A program made the translations under genes and the position numbers. This document shows positions 52,301 through 64,000 of a stretch of DNA of 64,000 nt, piece by piece. Below the pieces are notes generated by a model that searched no databases, had not been told where the DNA came from, and saw only the letters and a list, made by a program, of their open reading frames with translations. The stretch comes from Auanema rhodensis. Taxonomy: Eukaryota; Animalia; Nematoda. The stretch is from the NCBI GenBank assembly GCA_964057225.1, contig OZ059899.1, positions 8,060,001 through 8,124,000 of the forward strand, written 5' to 3'. Within the stretch, counting starts at the first letter, position 1. Every line of letters starts with the position of its first letter.

Positions 52301-55300
52301 AGACCATTCTGTCCAATCATCCCAAACGACGTTGTCTTGTTGTTTTGGGCATGGCTTAAAGAAATTACACTGAATTTCAGAAGAAAAATATAAGAAAACC
52401 TGCTCATTGCATGTTCGAGCTTGCTTGTTAGCTGTAGCACATAATACTCCATCACATAAACGTTCACGTATTTGGAAACCAATTCCACATGACACCGAGC
52501 ATGGTAACCAGTCACCCCATGTTGATATTGGTTCTCGATTTGAAGGACATGGCTGTAGAATAAGCAAAGTTAGTTAGTAATATTAACTATTTTGATTTAT
52601 ACCTCAGTATTACATTCAAGTAACTCAATTCTATCTCCTACACAGTCTTCTTTGGGATCTGAACATGTTCTTTCACGTTGTTGTTCACCACCATCACATG
52701 ATTGTGTGCAGATAGACCAATCAGACCATTCATTCCAGCATGATGGCTAAAGTTGTACTTTTTTGTTACAAACTTCAGCTATTTAGCAAACCTTGTTGCA
52801 GACTTTACGCTCTTCTAATGAGTTTGTGTCACATTCTCCGAATAAGCATATTCTCTTTCTACGTTGTGTTCCCGTTCCACAATTAACATTACAAGCTGTC
52901 CATTCTCCCCAGTCACTGAATGAAGAACATTCTGGAGGAGCAGGATTACATGATCTAAGTTCTTCAGATACTCCTATAACATTTTATTATAACATTATAT
53001 TGAAACCTAATTATAAACCTTTGCATTTCTTTCCCGCACAAGTGCGTTTTCTTGTTTGATGGCCACCATCACCACAACTCACGCTACATTTCGACCATTT
53101 TGACCTAAAGTTTATGTAAATTTTAGATTTAAGCTTAATAATTTTTACCAATCATTCCACTTGCCAACTTTTTTGGACAAACTAGCTGGACAATCCTCTT
53201 CATATTCAATAAGAGCTTTGTTACTGCAACCAACGTTCTGAAATTATTTTACATTTTAATTTTCCGAAATTAAAATTCAAAATAATGTACCAAACAGACA
53301 CCGCTGACGCAAAATTGATTTACTCCACAAGGTGCACCATCAGGAAATTGTCCCTTGTTACGAATTAATTCAGAATCAATTAGATGACACCAAACACGAC
53401 AGGGTTGTGTTGAATCTAAATTTCAGAAAAATATTTTTTAATTCTTTTTCATTTCGATTTACGATCAAATCCTTCGCCAGTAAGTTGTAAATCCGGTTTA
53501 AATGGATCGTTCTTGATAGCAGAACAAACTCGGTTACTGAATTCTTCACGAGATAAGCCATGATCACAATGAGATATGTGAGAGCCGCATATGCTACCTC
53601 GAATAGAAGCACCTTGGCAAGCTCGTCCACCATTATTAGGACTAAAATAGAAATGAATGATGATGATATATGATTACGATTATATGATAAATTGGAAAAA
53701 CATACGCTGGATTAACACAGTCACGATGTTGAGCTTTAATAGTTATTGAACCAGTGATATGACATTGTTGAACTGGACAAATCTTATCTCCATTACTCCA
53801 ATCTGACCATTGTCCATGTACAACATGAGGAGGTGAATTATCTGGCCAAGCTGTACATTTACCTTCATGACACCACTACAAATAACAAATCTAAGTTTAT
53901 TAAAGTTGCAAAGCTGATTACCTTGTTAGCACCACACCAACTACCCTCTAACGCTGGATGAGCAGTAGAAATAGTGGATCCACTATTTCCGCACCAAAGA
54001 ATTCGACAAATATCCTTAAATCCAAATAATTATATAAAAATAGTTATGTTTTGGAATATACATCTAGAGTACGTCCTGCTGGAATTTCAACTTGATAATC
54101 TCGACCCCAGAAATATGAGCATTGTTGATCAGCTGTGAAACGTTGTCCTGGTAATCTTGAAAATATAATTTTATTATTGTTATTATATAAAATATTATTA
54201 CCTCCCATCATTTAAATGATTATGTGATATTAATCCAGGTGATGCATCTCGAAGACAATTTCCTCGTCCAGATTCACTAAAACAGGGATATTTGGTGTTT
54301 TATTTTTGTTTCTCATATAATATAGTATTATATATCATTAAAACTTACTCAAGTTGTAAAAGAAAAGCATTAAATTCTCGAACAGAACATTCAGACCAAG
54401 TTGTTTTACCAGCACCATTAACTGCTGACATTAAACAACATGACCGACTACATTGATTTTGAACTCCATCATGTACCATTCCCATACTATTAATATATTT
54501 TATATATAAATCTTCAATATTAATAGTTACTTATGTCCCATCTCGTGAGCAAGCACGAAAGATCTTCCAAGATGTAATCCTTCAACTAATGAGCAAGCAA
54601 ATAGCGGATCACACATACGAGCAACAGGAGCAACACCAGCTACAGATGATGTTGTATGATATATATCATATCTAAAATTTATTATATTTCAAATATATTA
54701 CTATACTGTATACTTACCCAGTAAGTAATACTCCATGATCCCAATGACCCATATCAGTTAAATCTGTTCCGGGATTAATATGAGATTGATGTCTACAGAA
54801 AGCATCTAATAAAGCTTGAGCTTGACCACCTTTATGAACCATTGTATCCAAATTGCTCTAAAAAAAGAGAAAAATGAGAAAATACCTTAGATATTCATAT
54901 ATCTAACCGGCTGAGTTTTCCACATTTCATATCGAACAATAACAATATCAATATTTGGAGATAATGTTGGTTGTTGATAAAGAACATGAACATTATTAAT
55001 CAAAGCCAATGAAAAATCAAGTAAATGTTGTTCAGGATCTTGTATATATTCACGTTGAAAATGCTCAAATAACTTAGAATCCAGGAATAATCCAATCTCT
55101 AGTGTTATAGCATCCATATTAGGAAATATGAATGGAGAATCTAATTGAGCAGATGATGGAATTGAATAATTCATAGATAGAATTTGAGCTGAAAAAAATT
55201 GAAAATTTTCCAATAAATTATAAAAAATAGAATACGTACGTCCTTCTGGATCATCAATAGATTCACTTGTATCACAGAATGGTTCTTGATCTTCATGTAA

Positions 55301-56104
55301 ACGAACTATTTCTTCTTCAAAATGTCTTTCTAGATCAGTTAATAATCCAGCAGATCGTTTAAATACAAGATGCTTCTCTTCCTAAATATTTAAACTTTTC
55401 AATAATATTTTTATTGTCAATTTAAAATACTTGATGATGTTGAACACGCTGTGGAACTGTTTGAATTATCAAAAAATGATCATCCATATGAAGTGTTCCC
55501 ATCAATTGATTACAATCTGATATAGCAACTCTTTCGTTTGAATGTGATAATAAGTTTCCCTTAAAATTATTTTATTTTAGTTGAATTTAAATATTTTTGA
55601 TTGTTTTTACTTGATAATGACAGTCATGGCGAAGTGGTAATCCTTTGAACTCTGTTGCTTGAGTTCCATTACGGATAACAGAAACCTAAATTTTCGAAAT
55701 TAGTAAAAGTATTCTGAGCTTAATTTAAAAAAAAAAGTTGATAACTTACCAAATGAGGACTGATTATGCGACTATTTGGCTTGAGTTGCATGTCATATAA
55801 CTCATTGAATGCTTCAAATTTCATTCGAAGCTGTCCATCTTCTGCCTCATATTTTTCTGGTGAAATTAGATGATATGAAGGAACCTTCAAAAAAATATAA
55901 ATTATATGATATAATAAAAAAAAATTCAAGTACATGATGTTTTTCTTCAACACCAAACACATGTTGAAGTTCGCGTTTTGTTAGCTTATGATGTAAGCAC
56001 TGAAAATAGGTTGTATTTCTCATTGAAAGCGCATGAAATTTAAAGCTTACCTCAATGTTCTGTATGCAATGAACACTAATTAAGATTAATATACAGATAA
56101 TCAT
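49378..56104 (-). CDS. adt-1: ADAMTS-like metalloprotease with many TSP1 repeats, orthologue of C. elegans ADT-1
   Basis: Signal peptide; prodomain LHHKLTKRELQHVFGV; ITLEIGLFLDSKLFEHFQREYIQD; zinc motif HEMGHN|MGMVHD with Met-turn CCLMSAV; LPGQRFTADQQC; then many W..W..CS..CG.G.Q.R.R.C TSP1 repeats. Stop TAG at 49378-49380. Matches my recollection of ADT-1. Confidence 0.88.
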
Positions 56105-59100
56105 TCAGACATTCGGGGATGCCAGCCTAATGGCAAGCTGGAGGGCGATAAGCTGACACAACAAGCTGACTGACTACGGATAACAATGACAACGACAACA
56201 ACGTTTGTCCTGTCAAATCTCTCTGTCTGTGCTTCTTCGGTAGCTGACGGTTCTGCTGAATCTGCTGATGATGTAGCCTTCTCTCTGCCTTCTTAGCCAG
56301 TTTCCACTTGGCTGTATTTGGCCGTTTTGGGAGAGGGGGAAGAGATGTTACCTATGTATGGATGATGTCTTCGGCTTGTTACAAAGACAATCACTTTATA
56401 TAATATAAAATATTATATGTAAGATAAATATATATATATGTTTGTATAGTTAATACAGTAAACTATAGAAGTGAATGATGCTGATGATATAAGACGTCCA
56501 ATAGTCCGGATTCCTATGCCGGACAACAGAAGGCTGATCGCCTAATCTGCAACAGTCGTCTTCAAAAATTGAAGGATTTGAACTATAGAATTGAAAAGAA
56601 AGTAATAAATGAATGAAAATTCTAGAGAAAGTCAAGACGAAGAATAAATTGAAAAATGCTTTCGGAAGAGTAAAATAGTACTAGCAGTGGGTGGTGACAA
56701 AGCAATGGAACTAAGAAGCTAAGAAACTTTTTAAAAGGAACAACGCAAAGTAAAGAAGCCATCTATAGTTCCAGATAAAATATAAGAGAAGAAACATGAA
56801 TTATCACTTTCAATTGATGACTAATAAAAATATTTCGATATTCGAAAAAAAAGGAAAAAAACTGTTTTTATTCAATTTTTTTTAACATAAGAATGTTTTA
56901 TAAAAAAAACTATATGAAAGAATATAAATAATAATAAATATTTTGAAAACAGCTTATTGAAAGAATTTGTTGATTATATAAGAACAAAAAAAGAACAAGA
57001 CGAACGAATAGATGTCTAATTGAAAATGAAGCCCGATTTAAAACTAGATAAGTATCAGATTAAGCAAATAGATTATAGTTTGAATATGGTTTATGCTTAG
57101 GATAAGGGCAATATACAATAAGAAATTATTAAATTATAAGATTTTAATATATTTTAAATTATAAATTTATATATTAACTATATTGATATTATTATTATTA
57201 TAATATTTAATATAAAAATAGTTTATATTAACTATTTGATTATTATTATAAGTTCAATGATATTCAGTAAATTTGAAAAGTATTCAGAATATTCATATGG
57301 CTATTTGGTGCTATCGAAATTGAAAGGATATGGAAAGCTACCGGAGGCCACGGCATCTGAAAAACAGATAAGAGATATCATTTCATGAAGCTTAATTGGA
57401 ACTTTGTCTAATAAGGAAACAGCTGAGGCAAACGGGTTTATTTTTCTGCCAGGGCCAAGCTATCCTCTGCGATCATCAAATGAGAAAAGAAAAAAGAGAA
57501 AGTTGGATTTACAATATCGACTTGATGAAAGGTGATATAAAGAAAATTTCCAGACAGAAAAGTGGAAAGGTAAGACCGATAACAGCTTATCCATCCGATA
57601 TTCAACGATGCCCATCATATCTTCTAAAACGATTGTGGTCTTGCTGACTCAAACTTTCAAATCCTTTCACTTTTGCTGATAAAGAAATTGATCAGCTGAT
57701 ATGTGTATGTATTAATTTCTCTTTGACATCATCATTATCTTTCATTTATATTATCTCTTCAATTGATAATATGAAAAGGAAATATAAACACATACAGGTG
57801 GTTGCAAAACGATTGTTCGACTTCAAATAAGAGATTGATGAAACTTAGATAAAACCAAAAGATTCTTGATCTCATTCATTATATTCTGATGATGTTTTGA
57901 AAAAAAAGACAAACTAGTTACTATAAACAAGAACAAAGCAGATCAGGTTGCTAGAAGTGTTATTAGGAGGTTAGGAAAAGATTAGTTAGGTCAATTGTGC
58001 AAAATAACTACGACAATCATGTATCTATGAAGACTTTTTTTAGATTCTGTAATTGAAAAGAAAAAGTAAAGATAAATAGATGAATATGATCTAATAAGAT
58101 CAAACATGATGACATGAACAACGATTGGCAACATATACAGGAAAAAGAGATATAGAAGAAACGACTAAAAGATATTGAAAGATTCACAGAAATATGTTTA
58201 AGTACTCATAAAAAGGAAAAGCTGTTCATGATAAATGAAATTAAAATTATAAAATTAAGAATAATTACCAAAATTGCCAACAAAAATTTAAAATCATTGA
58301 GGTTAGGGAACAACGTAATGGGGAATCACAAATGATCTAAGAATAATACTGAACGAACTGACAATGATATTTCCTATTTAAAGCTCTAAAATCTTTTTCA
58401 AATTACTAAAATATACCAATATAGGTTAGACGAATACAAATAAACAGATTCGTTGAGCTAACAAAGATATTTTTACTATTTTTAGTATAAAAAGAATGTT
58501 AAAAAAATAGAAAACTTGATGAAAGCTGGTGTTGTTACAGCCTTGGCCACTCTGCTTGTTCAGACGATCTAGCATAAGTTCAATAGGCATGGGTAACTTA
58601 ATTCGTACCAAGATAGATGGTCAGATTGCCTATTCTATAGCTTCCGTTAATCTAACAAGTTCTTTCTTTATAATGTCCTTAAAGTACAAATGACGCAGAA
58701 TATTATATGAAATTGAGAGAATTTTAGAGAAACATCGAAAAACGGTTGAGGTCCAGTTCTCTTCTGACCACTGAAGGCTTGTGACATATCAAAGGGGTTT
58801 TGACAAGAACATTCATAAAACGAGGTGGTAGAGTTAGACATAGAGATTGAAAATGAAAAGAAGAAGAGAAAGAGTTTGTTGTGGAATAGTTGAAAGAGAG
58901 GGTTTGTTAGAAGAGAAAGGTGGATTTAGTGAGGATGAAAAACCAGTTGACTGCTATAGTCCGATCTCTGTGTCATCCGCCTCGCATCCTACCTTCAACA
59001 ACTTATCTAACTAAAGGCTACTAACCGAATGGCTTAGTTCTAGCATTAATGTTTGTAAAATCTTTAAAATTGCAAAAATCTGATGAAAATACATAATTTA

Positions 59101-62100
59101 TATAACTATTTGTATATAATTTTAAGAAAAAAAAAGAAACAATACAAATATTACATATATGGCAAAAAAAGAAAGAAATAGGCTATGAAATGGATTAAAA
59201 AATCTGAATAGGAAATATACTATTCTTTTTAAAATCCATTTTATGGACTTAAATAAGTGAGAACAAGTCAATGAATAAGAAATAAGGAGAGGATATAAGA
59301 TATGTAGTAATGGATTAGCCAACTTTCTAATCAAAAGTTTCCCTTTTTTTCGCAAAAAATGAATGAAATACGAATTTTCAACTTTGAAATGTTTCAAATA
59401 CAGGTGAATACAATAATTTTTATGTTGAGAACAAGTAAAAATGAGAGATTTAGTAGTTAAAGCCAATGTGGCCTGGTCAGTTTCAAAATTGGGTCTTCAG
59501 TTCTAGGAGCTTTAAAACTAGTTTACCTGCGAAATATAGAGAATAGGTAGTTAAAACATAAGGAAACTGATAGAAAGAAAACATAATATATAATATAAAT
59601 TATATATTATACTATATAGTATATAGTATGATCTTTAAGTTTTTATTTGATATATTTGATATGACAAGTTCATGATTTTATACAAGCGATGTGATATGAA
59701 ATAGTTAATGAATTACTGCAACTAAACTATAACATATTGAAAAGATAATTATTAGACAAACAATTTTCTTTTTTTATAAAAATTGAGAAAAATCATTGAA
59801 TGACAAAAACATCCAAAAGTTTTCAATTCAAGAAACTTGCTTATAAGATCTGAAATGACAAAATATTGCATAGTAAGCATAGGGGGAAGAAATAAAGAAG
59901 ATTATGAATGAAAACGAAACTGAGTGAACTATCTCGTTTCAAAGCTTTACCAGTAAAGATTCAAAGATTTTTTTCTCAATTTAAATCGTTGGATCAAGCT
60001 AAATCGACAGATAAGTAGTCCCGATGTATACAACATGTTGATGTTGGTTAGCTTGCAAACTAATCGGAGTGAATATTTCAAAAAAGAAAAAATGTAGTCA
60101 AATCTGAGGTATATGCTTACATCTACTGAAAAATTCGGTTTATAAATCATTCGCTACTGTAGTTAACTTTCGAAACTTCAGAACACCATAAAAGTGAAAA
60201 TTACGGAAAACTAGCTTATACGATAGTCAAGTACGGGCAAAATTAGCTTTTCTTTTCTTCAGTTTATTAGGTATGAATTCTGAAAAAAAGAGCAAAAATG
60301 AATAAAGTACTAGCTAGGCAAAAGCTTTAAGACTTATTTGAAAAGGTTTTATCTGTAAACGTGAGGAAAGCCCTCAGGGCATAAAAAGTTGAAAGTGGGC
60401 GCATAACGGGGTCAGTGTGTTCAACAGAAGGACTGTCAGTTAAATTACAATACATGTAGATATGAACTACTAGAATGATATGAAAGCTACAAAAAGGAAA
60501 AAAGAAAATGATTTAGATGATTCAGATGATAAAAAGAAAAAGATATAGAGAATAAAGAATGGAAAAACACCATTAATGATAGTTAAACATGATACTTTGA
60601 AATAACACCCATTGATATGGATAATGAAAAACAAAAAACAAATGAGCTATCTCTTTACAACCTTTTTATCCTCAATATCTCTCTTCTTATCGTCTAATTC
60701 TTTTTTTCCACCGATTTGTCGATTCTGTCATCTGGAAATCCTCAGTTAGATGTACGTAGCTCAAATCTACTTGATCTTTTCCCTTCTATTTCTCTCTTTG
60801 TTTCTTTTTATTTCCTTCTCTCTCTTTCCCTCTCTCAGATGTACAGTTCTTCCTCTGCTTTCTCCTGTTTCTTGCCATCAGAGGGGCATGAAGCGTAGAG
60901 GCTAAGCCGGCTACTGCCCCAAAACTGGTCCAGGCTCAAGTTGACAACTACACGAAATATAGGCATACAAGTCTATAACTGGTTGACAAACTTGGTTGCG
61001 ACAACTGCAGTGACCATTCTCTCTTTCTTTGTTTCTCACACATGTTATATATATATGTATATATCTTTTTATGTATATTTTATACTAAAAAACGATAGAG
61101 ATACATAATATATAATGGATTATCATAGTCAACTCTTTCTAAAAACAAAAAAAATATAATTAGATAATATACTAGAAGAAGAGGAATCAATTACTAAGTT
61201 TTCAATTGACAAACAACAAATCAACATGTTCTCCAATTGATTCAAAAGATAATGAAACTAATTTGTAGTCATCTTCAATACGAGAAGTTTATCAATACAA
61301 CTGTTATTAGAGATGTTCTCCTCTGTAAACTTTCTTTATGACAGTTTTCTGGACAAGTGAAAACCAGCAATTAGCCGTTTCTCAATAGCATAATTATCAA
61401 AGACCGTTGCGGAAAAAAATGAAAAAAATCGGATATACAGTTGATGTGTGCTGTCAATGTGAATCTAGTCTGTAGTCAAACTTATTCAACGAAGAAATCT
61501 TTCACAAAAGCGTTTATGATACCTGAGGAAAGTTGAGAAAAAAGCGCTGCTTCATCTTTGGACTTTACGTTTCTACAATTTCAAGTTTATTACCATTTGC
61601 TTTTCAAATCAGATGGCTATTGTAATGGTGTCCATTGCTTTTCAAGGCTTTATCGTCGTTGGCAAAATTTGAAGCACAAAACAAGACATTATGTGATGAT
61701 TCAAAGATGAATAGCCATATATAGCAGATGACAAGGCCTCAGCTACTAGATAAACTGGGCTTTCATCGAAATTTTGTGTTGCAAACAGCAGAAGTAGATG
61801 GTGAAGCTGATGAAACGCTACGTCATGACTCATGATGATATGACTGAAAACCTGAAAGTTCTCATGGCAAAAATTCGGTCACCGAACGATTTCAGATTTC
61901 AAGATAGCCCCGAGGGATTTTCAGGCAGGTACGATAGATTTGGTGTAGGCTCTTGTTTGAGTTATAACTATGTATATTGAGACTTGTTTATTTCTATTTA
62001 TGAAAAATGAACGGACATGAATCGTGACTGACGTATGTATATTGCTGAATTGCAGAGAATCAGGTCAAAGAGTAAGCTATTAACGTTTTGAAGATTTTGT

Positions 62101-64000
62101 TAGAATCTTCAGTTGTCTATATAAAGACAACAAAAGACGAAAAAGAATGGTGAAGATAAGACGATAGAGATGTAAATGGTTGAACATATAGTATATCCAC
62201 ACATTGAACGGTAATTGGACTTTCTCACAATTTCACTATTCGTAAAGACCTTGAACAAAAACAGAAAAAAGTGATAGTTAAAAGTGAAAAAGTAGAGGAA
62301 ATAGCCAATAAAATTCCATTACATCATCAATCCGATTGCTTAATCTTGTACCGTCATGGGCTTATCACACATCAGAACTGAGAACTGAACAACATAAATA
62401 GAAAACTGTGATAGATAGATATTTAAGAAAGTTTCAGATATCTTTAGAAGTTTCAGGATCACTTAATAAGAAAATTACGAAAATGGAAAAAAATAAACAA
62501 AACAATCAGCCATATCAGATGATTGAAAAACGAGCTATTAACCCTTTTATCTTCACAAAAGAGTCGCCCAAGCGAAATATGTTGAGGGCAGGTCAGTCCA
62601 GAAGCGAAAGTGGTCATATCCTTTTTTGAAAAAAAAATGCAGCAAGTTCTTCAGATGAATGAAAAATATTTCAAAGTAAATAAAGTTTAAACTCAGTTTC
62701 GTATAAAAGTAATTTTTGAAGAAAAAACAAATTATCATATACGCAGTTAGTAAAGCTATATACAACTAACTTATATTTTAAAAATGAATCTTATAAGAAT
62801 TATATAAAAGAATATATATTATGAATAATAATATTGCTTGAAAACGAATTAGAGTAAACTGAAAGCTGACTGATATATTGGCATTAGCTTCATGCTTTAT
62901 CATGAAGATTGTTATGATCTATACAAAGTCCAGGAATAGCAACACAGAATACAACAAATAATCTTCAGGATTCATAACGAATAGACCTTTCACTTGGTCA
63001 GAGCTATTGTGCTTTAGCCAATCTATTGTTGAATATGAATTTTATTTCTTTTCCTATCCATTTAACTGTACATGAGATTCAACTGAAGGAAATCAAGAGA
63101 ATAGCCAAAAGGTAGATCGAAAGATCAAGCATACATGAGAGAAACAGCATGGAAAAGATATATAGAAATATAGGAAGAGAAATATATAATATAAGAGAGA
63201 GAGAGAGATATGACGTTTACTGTGGTTATAACTACAGCACACGTCTCACTTCTCAAACTGTTTGTATGAACCTTTGTCTGTACAATCACGAGCCAACGAG
63301 AATATGCGGCTCCTCAAGTCTTTCATACAAAATACCGAAATGGATGGTATAGATATGTATGTATGTCGCTCAATAAACAAAAAAAATGAAATTGTTCTTC
63401 GTTTTCGTCTGAAATAGTCAGGGAATACATGAAAAATACCATTTTAAATATAAAAAGTACAGTATATGATAATGATAAAACTAATTAATTTTTAAATTTA
63501 TTACCACTATTTAAGATATAATGAACATGTTTAATATATTATAATATGATTTTTACTATTAAAAAATCAATTTTTAAATGTTTTTTGTATTGAAAACTAT
63601 TCGGAAATGAGTCTATCGTTGTTTTATTTTTCGTTCAAAGTTTGTTACTTATCTATTCTTATTCTTAAAAGCTATACGGTATATTATATAATATTATTTT
63701 AAAATTAAAATAAATTATATAAAGAATATAAGATTAGTATTATATCTAATACTAATCATATCATCTTTAATCATTTCATGGTTTTTTTAGATCGAAAATA
63801 CATTATTTGGATCATAGTTAACTGACTCTAATATATTATGAAGACAGGGTCAGAGATGTTCTTCGACAAGGTCATTACGACCTCTCCTTTCTTCCAAACA
63901 CCTATCTTCGGATAGTCTTCATTCAGTATGTTTACTATTCAATATAAAAATATTTTTGCTAACCTTTAGTTAGTTCTATTACATATCACCTTTTTTGTCA

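Noticed and set aside
60362-60420. gaggaaagccc...ggggtc resembling RNase P/MRP P4 strands
   Set aside because: Spacing of ~40 nt is far too short and the other conserved regions are absent.
61808-61852. CTGATGA...GAAA hammerhead-like core
   Set aside because: No stem II pairing directly between the motifs and no stems I/III.
1-64000. CRISPR arrays, prokaryotic operons, telomeric TTAGGC arrays, SL RNA, piRNA (CTGTTTCA) clusters
   Set aside because: The sequence is eukaryotic; only isolated single-word matches were seen, with no arrays or clusters.

Overview
AT-rich, intron-dense eukaryotic DNA from a compact-genome nematode, most likely a clade V rhabditid. The evidence is introns of mostly ~45-55 nt, TTTCAG acceptors, trans-splice-like acceptors before ATGs, and proteins closely resembling C. 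elegans ones. The supplied ORF track mostly shows exon fragments, so genes were rebuilt by hand from splice sites. In order: 5'-truncated SURF6 (+); a 57-aa Pmp3/UPF0057 proteolipid (-); two tandem MBOAT lysophospholipid acyltransferases (-); a CCHC zinc-finger/BESS-like gene (-); an ~18.5-kb lgx-1-like gene (-) with signal peptide, chitin-binding-like domain, many EB modules and a polysaccharide deacetylase domain; an intron-containing tRNA-Leu(CAA); a phospholipase B1-like GDSL lipase (+); an ITM2/BRICHOS gene (+); a 560-bp deleted mariner element; the ADAMTS protease adt-1 (-); and ~8 kb with no supportable gene. The most interesting locus is the lgx-1-like gene. It hides a complete, in-phase 10-exon orphan gene on the opposite strand of one intron. 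It has two alternative C-termini, one with and one without the deacetylase domain. Its deacetylase domain has His->Asn at two catalytic positions, and it contains a 4.3-kb giant exon. Orthology and synteny statements rest on recalled C. elegans sequences and were not checked by search.
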